Assembly: GCA_051859245.1 (NCBI GenBank) | Contig: JBHYGA010000001.1 | Span: 416,001-480,000, forward strand | Origin: Gemmatimonadaceae bacterium | Lineage (GTDB): Bacteria > Gemmatimonadota > Gemmatimonadetes > Gemmatimonadales > Gemmatimonadaceae | DNA: 64,000 bases | Direction of reading: 5' to 3' | In this document: in pieces, positions 49,209 to 60,000 of the stretch | How the letters are laid out: each line of letters starts with the position of its first letter | Numbering within the stretch: the stretch's first letter is position 1 | The notes under the pieces: generated by a model | What the model saw: only the letters and a program-made list of their open reading frames with translations | Told to the model about the DNA's origin: nothing | Database searches by the model: none | Position numbers and translations under genes: made by a program

Positions 49209-50584
49209 CTTTTCGCCCGCTTCGCGAGCAACTGCTGATACGCCGCTTCATCCAGCTGCGTCACCGCAATCCACGCGTGACTCATCTCGTCTGTGGTCCG
49301 ATCACCCATGCCCACCCATTGGTCCGGGTCCGGATTGAAGATGTTTTTCGATGTGTTGTCGTACCACGCGGTGTTGATGATCACGGATCCTGCGGGCAGC
49401 AGCGGCGCGGCGGACTCCTGATACACGTGACTATGGTGCCAGCCGGGATTCCAGTTCGACACCATGCTGAGCGTCTCGCGACGGCCGTCGGGATACAGTA
49501 CTTCCAGCCGTTTTGCGACGAGACGCAAATGCCCGTGCGGTTGCCACGAGTCAATGCGCACGGGTGTGTTGAATCGATGAAATCCTTGCGTTACCAGCTT
49601 GCCATTCGGTTCGATTTCAAAGTCTCCCGATCCGCTCTGCAAGGCGTAGAGGCCGAGCGTTTGACGATGACGTGTTTGCGGCGTGACCTCGGGCCCGTGG
49701 AACCAGATGCCGATTTCGAGTTGGTCGTCGACGATTTCTTTCCCATTCGGGAAGTAATGAATGTCGAACAACACGTTCGATCCGGCGGGCGCAATTCGAC
49801 ACGCATCGGCCGGCACCACTTCACCAATCTTTCCAAGCGCGTATTCAGAGAGTCGCACGCTTCCCGGACCACCGCCACCTACTGCGTCTGGTTCGGCGTC
49901 TGATGTGCCAGGCACGAAAATAGAATTCGCGTGATGCGTGACCGAACGTCCGGCGACACTCGGGCGCGTCTCTACCGCTTTGATGCATCGATCGTTGGTG
50001 ATGCCACTCGGCACGGATGGCCTCCACCAACGATCCTGACCACTTGCCGGCACGGTGTACTTCGATGCCTTCACAATCAGATCGGGCGGGCCGTATGTAG
50101 CGGCTAGGCGATACGCTGACGGATCGGGCAGCGTTGGCGCCGGTGGCATGTCGGCCGGATTACCTTCGGGCATGCCGGCGTCCACCCACTGCACAATCGT
50201 GGCGATGTCGCGCTCCGAAAGACGCCAGTCGTGCTGCAGCTGCTGAATGCCAATGTGCGCGTCGTACTGATACGGCGGCATCTCGCGTGACTGCACCATC
50301 TGCTTGATGAGCGGACCGTCACGCCGAACGTGCTGATACGTGAGCAGCGACATCGGACCGATGCCGCCTGGCGAGTGACAGTTCTGACAGTTCTTTTGAA
50401 TGATCGGCGCAACGTCACGCGAGAAGTTGACGGCGGTCGTGTCCACGACGCGCGGAGCGATGTGAGGAGACTCGCGCAACGCACCAGCGGCGGGTGTGAC
50501 CCGAAGTGCCGCGGTCAGAACAACGGCTGTTGCGCATGAGACAGCGAGTGAGAGACGCCAACGTCGCGTGCTGGTGGGTTGCAT
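49205..50584 (-). CDS. Cytochrome c plus copper type II (PHM/DbetaM-like) monooxygenase-like protein
   Basis: Heme motif CQNCH; His/Met motifs VTHHAN, DIHY, QPHGHL, TDEMSH. Confidence 0.78.
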   Translation of the reverse strand: MQPTSTRRWRLSLAVSCATAVVLTAALRVTPAAGALRESPHIAPRVVDTTAVNFSRDVAPIIQKNCQNCHSPGGIGPMSLLTYQHVRRDGPLIKQMVQSREMPPYQYDAHIGIQQLQHDWRLSERDIATIVQWVDAGMPEGNPADMPPAPTLPDPSAYRLAATYGPPDLIVKASKYTVPASGQDRWWRPSVPSGITNDRCIKAVETRPSVAGRSVTHHANSIFVPGTSDAEPDAVGGGGPGSVRLSEYALGKIGEVVPADACRIAPAGSNVLFDIHYFPNGKEIVDDQLEIGIWFHGPEVTPQTRHRQTLGLYALQSGSGDFEIEPNGKLVTQGFHRFNTPVRIDSWQPHGHLRLVAKRLEVLYPDGRRETLSMVSNWNPGWHHSHVYQESAAPLLPAGSVIINTAWYDNTSKNIFNPDPDQWVGMGDRTTDEMSHAWIAVTQLDEAAYQQLLAKRAKR

Positions 50585-50670
50585 CACGAACCTCGGAGGG
50601 TCGGGTTGCGGAGAACGTCGCGCTCAGTGCTGACGGCGGCGCGCGTCAAATAGGGCGCCAAAACGCCGCG

Positions 50671-50712
50671 GGCGCCAGCACCCCCGCCGCTTGAGCAAGG
50701 GGTGCTGGCGCC
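50671..50712 (-). terminator. Hairpin downstream of the PEP-CTERM gene
   Basis: 14-bp stem GGCGCCAGCACCCC / GGGGTGCTGGCGCC. Confidence 0.55.
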
Positions 50713-50732
50713 AGCTCAGCGCACACTCCGTA

Positions 50733-51488
50733 TTAGCAGCAGCGGCGACGCCGAGTGGTCACCAGCAATCCCATCAGGCCCAGGCCGAGCAGCGCGAAGG
50801 ACTTCGGCTCCGGAACGGACACGCCGGGGTCGCCGCCGCCCGGACCCTCGCCGTCGCCCGGCTCTTCACCATCTCCCGGCAGCCCCTCACCAAGGTAGGT
50901 GAAGGTTGCGCTCTTTCCGCCGAAGCACGCACCGTCAAACAAATAGTTGGCGTCCACGCCACAGGCCTGCGTGGAATACGGCTCGGTCCAGTCGTCCGAG
51001 TAGAAGTGCGTAGCGATCCACAGTGGCCGCGTCCAGCCGGCATCGAGAAACAGGCCATTGCCTTTGGCGTTGCGATAGTCGAACAGTAGACCCGTCAGCT
51101 GCCCGGCACCGTTGGACGTGTAAAAGCCCGCCAACAACTCGGCGCCCGATGCAATGGACCATTGCTGCTGACCGATCTGAATGTCGAAGCCGAGCAAATC
51201 GTCGAGCGTGAACTGTTTGAGACTGGCGTGTGGCAGCAGGCCGTTTTTGAAGGTCAGCATGGCCGAGAATGTTTTGCCGAGCACGTCGGCTTTGTCGTAG
51301 TACTCGTTGAAGAGCGGCACGACCGTGTCCTGCTCTGCGTCCAGAAAATACGGCTGAATTGGCAGACGGCTGCCCGCGTACAGCGTGAGCAGATCGATCT
51401 GATAGGACGGTTGCGCAGACGCGACAGTTGGCGCGATGGCGCCCGCGCTGAATGCCGCGCAGGCGAGAGCGATGAGAAGACGACGCAT
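50733..51488 (-). CDS. PEP-CTERM sorting-domain protein
   Basis: Signal peptide, Gly/Pro/Asp linker, VPEPKSFALLGLGLMGLLVTTRRRR. Confidence 0.88.
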   Translation of the reverse strand: MRRLLIALACAAFSAGAIAPTVASAQPSYQIDLLTLYAGSRLPIQPYFLDAEQDTVVPLFNEYYDKADVLGKTFSAMLTFKNGLLPHASLKQFTLDDLLGFDIQIGQQQWSIASGAELLAGFYTSNGAGQLTGLLFDYRNAKGNGLFLDAGWTRPLWIATHFYSDDWTEPYSTQACGVDANYLFDGACFGGKSATFTYLGEGLPGDGEEPGDGEGPGGGDPGVSVPEPKSFALLGLGLMGLLVTTRRRRCC

Positions 51489-51678
51489 GAAGAATCCTCG
51501 GACGGTTGACGGTTTCGCGAGCCCTTGCCCGAAACGGATCGGCAGTGGTTCGCGCCTTGGTGAACGTCCGGAAGATCGAAGTGGCGGTCACCCGTCGATT
51601 TGCGTCGGACACAGACGCCCGGGTGAGTCGCAGGTGATGCTCAGGTGATCCGGTGACAAGGCTGGCGTTGATGTGCCA

Positions 51679-54345
51679 TCACGGCTTCAGCTTCGCCTTG
51701 AGCTCCGCAAAAAAGTTGTGGACCACGACGAGCGTGGGCGTTCCTGCCATGTCTTCCCACTTGTTGTCGCGCACCATAAGAAAGCGCTGATCGTCGGGCG
51801 CAATTGCGTAGGTGCCGCTCACCGGCGACCCGACGCGCACACCTTCAGGAATCTCGAACAGCACACGCGGCGGGTCAGCCGAAAATGGAGGTCCGGGATT
51901 GACGCGCACCACATGCATCTTGCGGTTGGCGACATAGAACAGCTCGTCTCCGCTGTGGGCCCACACGGGAGCGCTGGCGCCGCCGCTTGAGACTTGCCAC
52001 TTGCCGCTGCTCACATTGGGATACGGGCGCACGAACAGCTCGTTCGGTCCTTGCTCGTTCGACACGTACGCGAGCCAACGCGAGTCCGGCGACAGCGCGG
52101 CGCCCGATGTGTTCGTTCCAGGTGACATGATGCTACGCATCACACTGTCGACGCGGGGTTGCGCCGCGAGCCGAGGCTCGCCGGTGCCGTCGGCGGACTG
52201 CTCCCAGAGGTTGAACCCATTCGGCGTTGCATCGCTCGACGTTGGCCGGTCCGAGAGAAACGTGACGGATCGACCGTCGGGCGACCATGCCGGCATGCGA
52301 TCCACGCCATCGTGGAGGGTGAGCCGCGTCGCCGGACCGATCGGTAGCGGTTTGATCCAGATGTCCGTGCCAAGCTCGGTGAGCTGCGTGAGCGCAATGC
52401 GCCGTCCATCGGGCGATAGCGCGAGTCCCCAGTCGGTGTCCATCAGCCCGTTGTACATACCCCCGGTGTTCACGTACCACGTGGAATCCACCGGCTCAAC
52501 GCGGCCGCTGCGATCTACCCACACGACGGCGGCATTCGGCAGTGGTCCGGGCGCGAACTCTGATTCACCCAACAGGTAGTATGCGGTGCCGTCGTTCGAA
52601 ATCAGGAAGCCCGGCGCCTGAATACCGTCGAGCACGGCCACCGATCCACCAGTTGGAGCAAGCGCCGAGTTATCCCACGGCGCGGCCATGAGTGTGCCGG
52701 CGCTGGTGAGGTAGAGCACGTGTCCCGTTGGCACGTACCACGCACCAATCGCATCGTCAAACAGCTCGCGAATCGTATCCTGGCGCGCGTCGTACACGTA
52801 CACTTTGCTTGGACGACAGCTGACGGGGCCCACGCATTGCGTGAGATGCGCCGTGAACAGAATTCCGCGCGACGACGGCAGTGGTGACGGTAGCCACGGA
52901 AAGCGGCCGCCGAGCGCCTCGCGTGTGACGATCACGTTCGCAGTGGCCGCTCCGGCACTGAGTTGGCGCAATGTGCGGCTCGGGGCGTCGTAGTACACGA
53001 TTGAACCATCGTCGAGCCACGCGGCGCGATTGAACGAGGCGTTCACCGAATCCGCGAGTTTGATCGACGCGCCGCCAGCGCTCGGCACGCGACGCAGTTG
53101 CCCGTTGGCCACGAAGCCGATCCACGCGCCGTCGGGCGAAAAAAATGGACCCGAGCCACCTTCTGTGCCGGCCAGCGGCTGAGCCAACACTTCATCACGA
53201 TGTTTGATGTAGAGCTGGCCGGGTCCCGTGAGTGGGCTGCGGAATACCAGTGATTCACCATCTGGCGAGAGCGCGGCTTCGACACCAAACGTGATGCCGT
53301 CGAGCACACCCGATGCGCCGAGCGTGGTGGGATGGCGTGAGACGAATGTCGATTGACGTTCACGAGTCAGCGCCCACGTGGCCAGCGCGATCGCAAGCAG
53401 GGAAACCAATGCCAGTGCGGGCAGTGCGAACCGACGCGAATTCACGTCGGCGTGCTTTGAGGTCGTGGCGTTCGCAACGGGCCAGACGTACGCCGGATTG
53501 TGCAGCGCGTCGGCAAACGCTTTTGCGTGATCGAAGCGGTCTGCCGGAAGTTTCTCCAGCGACTTGGCGATCGCGGCGGCAACATGCGGCGGCACGGCTT
53601 TGCGCAACTCGCGCACCGGTCGCGCTATGTCCGACACAATCTTCAGAATGATTGCTTGTGCCGAGGGACCATGGTGCGGCGGTTCGCCTGTGAGCATTTC
53701 AAACAGCACAGAACCGAGCGAGTAGATGTCCGAGCGGTTGCTGATGTGTGTGTCGGCGGTTGCCTGCTCAGGCGACATGTAGTGCGGCGTGCCCAGCGAC
53801 AATCCCGTTTCTGTCATGCGGCTACCAGCCGCAGCGCTTACCGCAAGTGCAATACCAAAGTCCGCGACAAACGCGCGACCATCGCGCAAGAGAACGTTCT
53901 CAGGTTTGATGTCGCGATGAATCACTCCGTGCTCGTGTGCGTACTGCAACGCGTCCGCGACTTCGGTGGTGATTTGCACGGCTTCATCAATGCCGAGTTG
54001 CTGTTCGCGATCGAGTTTATGTCTGAGCGTTTCGCCGTGAATGTACGGCATCACATAGTACAAGAGCCCCGTGCTGTCGCCGTGTGCTGCGGCGGTACTG
54101 CCGCTGTCGTACAGCGGCAGAATGTGCGGGTGCTGCAGTCGTGCCGTAGTCTTGATTTCCTGCAGGAATCGATCGGCGCCAAGCACCACGCCGAGTTCCG
54201 GGCGCAGCACCTTGAGCGCGACTTCGCGGTCGTGCTTGAGATCGTGGGCCAGGTACACCGTGGCCATGCCGCCTTCGCCGAGCTGACGCTCGATGCGATA
54301 GCGGTCGGCAAGGGCCGTTGCGAGTTGCTCGGTGACGTCAGCCAT
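51679..54345 (-). CDS. Ser/Thr protein kinase with TM and TolB/PD40 propeller
   Basis: LGEGGMATVY, VALK, HRDIKPEN, DFG, GTPHYMSPE; SPDG repeats. Confidence 0.95.
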   Translation of the reverse strand: MADVTEQLATALADRYRIERQLGEGGMATVYLAHDLKHDREVALKVLRPELGVVLGADRFLQEIKTTARLQHPHILPLYDSGSTAAAHGDSTGLLYYVMPYIHGETLRHKLDREQQLGIDEAVQITTEVADALQYAHEHGVIHRDIKPENVLLRDGRAFVADFGIALAVSAAAGSRMTETGLSLGTPHYMSPEQATADTHISNRSDIYSLGSVLFEMLTGEPPHHGPSAQAIILKIVSDIARPVRELRKAVPPHVAAAIAKSLEKLPADRFDHAKAFADALHNPAYVWPVANATTSKHADVNSRRFALPALALVSLLAIALATWALTRERQSTFVSRHPTTLGASGVLDGITFGVEAALSPDGESLVFRSPLTGPGQLYIKHRDEVLAQPLAGTEGGSGPFFSPDGAWIGFVANGQLRRVPSAGGASIKLADSVNASFNRAAWLDDGSIVYYDAPSRTLRQLSAGAATANVIVTREALGGRFPWLPSPLPSSRGILFTAHLTQCVGPVSCRPSKVYVYDARQDTIRELFDDAIGAWYVPTGHVLYLTSAGTLMAAPWDNSALAPTGGSVAVLDGIQAPGFLISNDGTAYYLLGESEFAPGPLPNAAVVWVDRSGRVEPVDSTWYVNTGGMYNGLMDTDWGLALSPDGRRIALTQLTELGTDIWIKPLPIGPATRLTLHDGVDRMPAWSPDGRSVTFLSDRPTSSDATPNGFNLWEQSADGTGEPRLAAQPRVDSVMRSIMSPGTNTSGAALSPDSRWLAYVSNEQGPNELFVRPYPNVSSGKWQVSSGGASAPVWAHSGDELFYVANRKMHVVRVNPGPPFSADPPRVLFEIPEGVRVGSPVSGTYAIAPDDQRFLMVRDNKWEDMAGTPTLVVVHNFFAELKAKLKP

Positions 54346-54516
54346 GCGCATTGGCGGTTAGCCTGACTCGGCGTGGTGCGGTGGGGTGACGCGTCGGTTG
54401 ACGAGCTGTTGATTTCCAATAGGAATTCCTGCTTGCCGTGCCAAGGTACGCCTCGCTGGAGAGGCCGTCCAGACACGTTGCCTCTTCGCCGCCAACCGGA
54501 GCCAGGTGATCTTCTC

Positions 54517-55053
54517 ATGCGTCTCGTGCAAACGGCTGTCATTGTTGTGATTCTGGGCGCCATCTTCGCTGCCGCCTTTGGTGGCGGTGGTGTGCTCCTG
54601 GCGCGCAATCTGCCGATGGTGCGTGAGGGATGGAGTTCGCGGTCATGGCCTTCGGTGCAAGGCGAGGTGCAGCAGTCGGCAGCCGTGGCCAAACCAGTTG
54701 TGGCTTCAACGCGCCGCGGAACAGTCGGCACGCATGTGCTGATGCTGCGTTACGCGTATGCGGTGAACAACACCGTGTACACGGGCACACGCCGGAGTCT
54801 GGCGGATGAAGGCATCATTCGCAGTCAGGAGTTCGCGGAGAGCGAAGCCGCGGCGTTGCCCGTGGGGACAAACGTCACTGTTTTTTACGATCCGGGTAAT
54901 CCATCACGTTCGCTGCTGACCCGGGGCGTATCAGCGGCGAGTGTCGTGGGGATCAGCATTGGACTGGTGCTCATCGCAGGCGGAGCAGGGCTGGTCGGCG
55001 TTGCGCTGCGGTTGCGCTCGCATCACGTGCGGCGCCGTGCGCAGCGGGGGTGA
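54517..55053 (+). CDS. DUF3592 domain membrane protein
   Basis: TM, SRSWPSVQGEV, YAYAVNNTVYTG, VTVFYDPGNPSRSLL, TM. Confidence 0.85.
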   Translation: MRLVQTAVIVVILGAIFAAAFGGGGVLLARNLPMVREGWSSRSWPSVQGEVQQSAAVAKPVVASTRRGTVGTHVLMLRYAYAVNNTVYTGTRRSLADEGIIRSQEFAESEAAALPVGTNVTVFYDPGNPSRSLLTRGVSAASVVGISIGLVLIAGGAGLVGVALRLRSHHVRRRAQRG

Positions 55054-55194
55054 GCAGCCGGTCATCCGCGGCGAGCATCTCCCTCTATCTTGCGCCGCGA
55101 AGATGCCGACCGGTGACACATTCGTTGTGCGTCCGTGACTTTCGCGAGGAATTTTCCGGGGTTGTTGTATTCTCCTTCCCCCGGATCCCCTCAC

Positions 55195-56832
55195 ATGACA
55201 CGCTTCGGTTCCCTCCTGCTCGTGGGCGCGACGATCGCGCTCGTTGGCTGCGACCGCGACAAGTCGGTCGCCGTCACCGCTCCTGACGACCTCTCGCCGG
55301 CGCTGCGCGCGTCGCCCTCCGATCCAACGCCGACTACCATCACATTGCAGAAGATCGGTGAGTTTGCGGGCGGCGGGAACGGTGCCGCCGAAATCACTGC
55401 TTTCGACGATGTCAGCAAGCGCTTGTTTGTCGTCAACGGCGCACTGGGAAGCGTAGACGTACTCGACCTTCGCAACCCGTCGAATCCCAAGAGGATCGCC
55501 AGGATCGAGGCAGGTGCACTGGGTGGTGGTGCGGCCAACAGCGTGGACACGAATAATGGCGTTGTCGCCATCGCGGTGCAGGCCGCCAACAAGACAGACA
55601 ACGGCACCGTGTTCTTCTATCGTGCGACCACGCTGCAGCTGATCAGTCAGGTAACGGTTGGTGCGCTTCCCGATATGCTGACGTTCTCGCCTGACGGCAA
55701 AACGGTGTTCGTGGCCAATGAAGGCGAGCCGAATACCGACTACACGATCGATCCTGAGGGTTCCGTCAGCGTGATCGACGTGCGCAACATCAATGCCCCG
55801 AGCGTTCGTACGGCCGGCTTCACGTCGTACATTGGTCAGGAAGAGGGACTGCGCGCGCAGGGTGTCCGCATCTACGGACCCGGGGCCAATGCCGCCCAGG
55901 ACTTTGAGCCCGAATACATCACCGTTTCTGCCGATGGCCGCACGGCGTGGGTGTCGCTCCAGGAGAACAATGCACTTGCGGTGATTGATGTCGCGTCAGC
56001 GAGCGTGACTGACATTCTGCCGTTGGGATACAAGGATCACTCGGTGCCCGGCAATGAGCTGGATCCCAGCAACGCCGATGGCATCAACATTCGCAACATG
56101 CCCGTCTTCGGTATGTATCAGCCCGATGGCATTGCGTCGTATTCGGTGAATGGTCAGACGTACATTGTGACCGCCAACGAAGGCGATGCGCGCGAATACA
56201 TTGTAGAGAACGGCGACGACGAGACTGAGGTATTCGTGGAAGAAGTGAGCGTTGAGGACCTTGCACTCAACCCGAGCATCTTCACCGATCTGGCATGCGG
56301 CGGACCGTGTGCAAACGAGGAGCAGCTGGGCAGCCTCAACGTCACCAAGACGCTTGGTTTCAACAGCAGCACGGGCCAGTACGACAAGCTCTTCGCGCTC
56401 GGCGGCCGATCGTTCAGCATTTTTTCGGCGACTGGTCAACTGGTGTTCGATTCCGGCAGCGATTTCGAGCAGCGCACCAAGGCACTCGGCACCGTCAACT
56501 TCAATGCGTCGAACACCGGCAACGCGCTCGACAATCGCAGCGACAACAAGGGTCCGGAGCCGGAGGGTGTGGTGCTCGGACGTCTGGGCACGCGTACGTT
56601 CGCATTCATCGGCCTTGAGCGCGTGGGCGGCGTGATGGTCTACGATGTGACGTCACCCGCGGGCGCGTTCTTCGTAACGTATATCAATCCGCGCACCGGC
56701 CCCACGGGTGACCGTGGCCCCGAAGGACTGACGTTTGTTCCGGCCGTGCGCTCGCCGAACAAGCAGCCGTTGCTGATCGTCGGCAACGAAATCAGCGGTA
56801 CCACGGCGATCTATCAGATCAACTTGTTCTAA
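55195..56832 (+). CDS. Choice-of-anchor I family lipoprotein (alkaline phosphatase-associated propeller)
   Basis: Lipobox LVGC; AAEITAFD, VGALPDMLTF, ANEGEP, DFEPEYI, LQENNA, YQPDGI, DNRSDNKGPEPEG, GNEISGTT. Confidence 0.88.
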   Translation: MTRFGSLLLVGATIALVGCDRDKSVAVTAPDDLSPALRASPSDPTPTTITLQKIGEFAGGGNGAAEITAFDDVSKRLFVVNGALGSVDVLDLRNPSNPKRIARIEAGALGGGAANSVDTNNGVVAIAVQAANKTDNGTVFFYRATTLQLISQVTVGALPDMLTFSPDGKTVFVANEGEPNTDYTIDPEGSVSVIDVRNINAPSVRTAGFTSYIGQEEGLRAQGVRIYGPGANAAQDFEPEYITVSADGRTAWVSLQENNALAVIDVASASVTDILPLGYKDHSVPGNELDPSNADGINIRNMPVFGMYQPDGIASYSVNGQTYIVTANEGDAREYIVENGDDETEVFVEEVSVEDLALNPSIFTDLACGGPCANEEQLGSLNVTKTLGFNSSTGQYDKLFALGGRSFSIFSATGQLVFDSGSDFEQRTKALGTVNFNASNTGNALDNRSDNKGPEPEGVVLGRLGTRTFAFIGLERVGGVMVYDVTSPAGAFFVTYINPRTGPTGDRGPEGLTFVPAVRSPNKQPLLIVGNEISGTTAIYQINLF

Positions 56833-56842
56833 GTCCCGACAA

Positions 56843-56875
56843 CTCCGTCCGGCGCGAGCGCTGCGCCGGACGGAG
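56843..56875 (+). terminator. Hairpin downstream of the choice-of-anchor I gene
   Basis: 13-bp stem CTCCGTCCGGCGC / GCGCCGGACGGAG. Confidence 0.6.
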
Positions 56876-57010
56876 CATTGTGTCCAAGCGCTTTCAGCAA
56901 CGCTGGGCGACGTTGGACGGGCGCGCACTACCTCTTCGTGCGCGAAGTCAAGTAACAGTTGCGTTGGTCAACGCAACACACGTGCATCAGCACGCCGCGC
57001 TGCGGCAACC

Positions 57011-57028
57011 GTGACAGACACATAACAA
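57011..57028 (-). promoter_or_regulatory. Pho-box-like direct repeat upstream of susC
   Basis: Minus strand reads TTGTTAT-gtgt-CTGTCAC (11-bp period; E. coli consensus CTGTCAT-N4-CTGTCAY). Confidence 0.45.
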
Positions 57029-57097
57029 GACTGTGGTGAAGCGCGCGGAATATTGGACGCAGTTACACCGTCCTTCTCATTCCCTGCCCATCACCCG

Positions 57098-60000
57098 ATG
57101 CGAACTCTCCGTTTTCCGATGCTCGGCGTTGCCGCGTTGTTGGCCTTCGTGGCGCGCGCAGCTCACGCGCAGACCGGCACGATCAGTGGTACCGTCACAG
57201 AACAGCTCACCTCAACGCCGATCTTGCAGGCCTCGGTGTTCGTGCAGGGGCTGAATATGGGCGCCGTCACCGATGCACAAGGGCGATATACCATTGCGAA
57301 GGTTCCCGCCGGCACCTACACCATCCTTGCGCGTCGCCTTGGCTATGTCGCAGGGCAAACGCAGATCGTCGTGGCGGCGAACGGAACGGTCACGACCAAC
57401 TTCACGCTGGCGCGTGCTTCGGTGCAACTCGACGATGTTGTGGCCATCGGATACGGCACCGCCGACCGTCGCAATGTCATGGGCGCCGTTGAGCAGGTGA
57501 ATGCCGCACAGCTCGCCGAACGGCCCGTGCCCAACCTCACCATCGGTCTGCAAGGTCTGGTTCCGGGTGTGAACATCCGCCCGGGTGATGGCAAGCCGAT
57601 TCAGACACCCGCCATCAACATTCGCGGTGCGACGTCCATCGGAACGGGCGGCAGTGCGCTCGTACTCATTGATGGTGTTGAAGGCGATCCCGCCATCCTC
57701 AACCCCGATGATGTCGCGTCCATTACGGTACTGAAAGACGCATCGGCGTCAGCGGTGTACGGCGCACGCGGCGCGTTCGGCGTGCTCCTCATCACGACCA
57801 AGCGCCCGCAGAAAGATCAGTTTCAGGTGAACTACGGTGTGAACTACGGTAGCCGTGCACCCATCCAGCGCACGTCGGTAGTGACCGATGGTTATACGTT
57901 TGCCCGTTTATTCGACCAGGCCTTCCAGAGCTGGCAGGGTTTCGCGCCGCAGAACGTAAACAAGACGCTTGTGTTCTCGGCGGCGTATCTGGACTCGCTG
58001 CGCGTGCGCTCCGAGACGAATCGTGCGCCGGAAACCATGGTGGGTCCGGACGGCGCGTACCAGTACTACAACAGCACGAACTGGTACGATGAGTTGTATC
58101 GAGAGAACGCGCAGACCATGGAGCACAATCTTTCGATCTCCCGCGGCTCTGAAAACGCGCAGTTCATGATTTCCGCACGCACGCTGGGACAGGACGGCAT
58201 CTTCCGCTACAACTCCGATGATTTCGGACAGCGAAACCTGCGCGCCGAGGGCTCCATCCGTGCGGCAGACTGGCTGAACGTGCGCAGCGGATTTCTGTAT
58301 TCCAATCGCACCTACCGCAATCCGGAGAACGTTGGCGAAGGCGGCGCGATCTGGCGCAACCTGCAGGACGAAGGACACGTGCTGTCCGCACTCCGCAATC
58401 CGGACGGGACGCTCACGCATTCGGCCGCGTACACCGTGGGTGATTTCGCCTACGGAAAAAACGGCATCAACTTTGACACCGACGTCTACCGCACCAACGT
58501 AGAAGCAGCCACGAACTTCTTCGAGGATCGCGTCAAGTTCACGAGTGACTTCACGTACCAGCGCACCACCGACGATCAGCAGCGCCGCCGAGTCCCGGTG
58601 CCATATAGCCGCCGTCCGGGTGTGATTGAGTATGTCGGTGCGGCAACCAATACGCTCACCGAAACCCGCGGCACCACCGACTACATCGCGACGAACGCCT
58701 TCGGCGAGTTCAACACCACGTTTGGTAGCCGCCACACGCTTCGTGTGATGGGCGGTGTGAATTATGAAGAGCGCACCTTCAATCAACTGAGTGCGTCGCG
58801 CAACGGCCTGATCTTCCCCGACGCGTCAGATCTCAACCTGGCGTTGGGCACGTCGACCGTTATCACCGGTGGCTACGAGAAGTGGCAAATCATGGGCGGC
58901 TTTACGCGCCTCAACTACTCGTTCGCTGATCGATACCTGATCGAGTTCACGGGTCGTTACGACGGATCGTCAAAGTTTCCTGAGGACCAGCGCTATGCGT
59001 TCTTCCCGTCGGCGTCCGCTTCGTGGCGTATTTCGCAAGAACCGTTCTGGAAGGTGCCGCAGGGATTGGTGAACGATCTGCGACTGAGTGTGTCGCACGG
59101 CTCCATGGGCAATGGCAACGGCGGCGCGTACCAGTTTCAGCAAACGTTCAATATCGGACAATCGGGCGTGATCGTGAATGGGTCACGTCCGCAGCAAACG
59201 AGTGCGCCGGGCGTGTTGCCCGACGGCTTAACGTGGGAAACGGCGACCACGACGAATTTTGGTCTGGACGCAGACATGCTCGACAATCGCCTGAACATCA
59301 GTGCCGACGTGTACACGCGCCGCACCACGGACATGTATACCACGTCGATCACACCGCCGGCTGTATTTGGTGCGGGCGCGCCGCGTGGTAACTACGCCGA
59401 TCTCAAAACGCGCGGCTGGGAACTGTCGGCGGCCTGGCAGGACGGCGTCCAGCTTGCCGGAAGTCGCGCTACGTACGGTGTGCGCTTCATTCTCTCCGAC
59501 AATACATCCGAAATCACGAAGTACAACAATCCGAACGGGCTGCTCAACGACTACCGCGTTGGACAGAAGATCGGCGAGATCTGGGGCTACACAACAGAAG
59601 GCTTTTTCGCCGATTCCGCAGATATTCTGAGCCACGCCAATCAGAGCTTCATTCAGTCCCGCAACTCGCGCATCTGGCTGCCGGGTGATCTCAAGTTCCG
59701 GGACATCAATGGTGATGGCAAGATCGACGTGGGGAACCAGACGCAAGCCAATCCCGGCGACCTCTCGGTGATTGGCAACACGACACCGCGTTACAGCTAC
59801 GGCATCAATCTCAATAGCGCGTGGCGCGGTGTGAGTGTCAGCGCGTTCTTCCAGGGCGTGGGCAAGCAGGATTGGCACGCGAATCCCGAAGCTGACTATT
59901 TCTGGGGCGCGTACAATCGTCCGTATAACAACATTCCGTCGTGGCACCTGGAAGACGGGATCATCTATGATCCGGCCAATCCGAATCCCAATGCCTTCTT

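Noticed and set aside
51560..51630. Possible c-di-GMP-I riboswitch (minus-strand GACGCAAA within a hairpin) before the PEP-CTERM gene
   Set aside because: The upstream GGCAAA and GNRA tetraloop elements are not present. An Infernal/Rfam scan would settle it.
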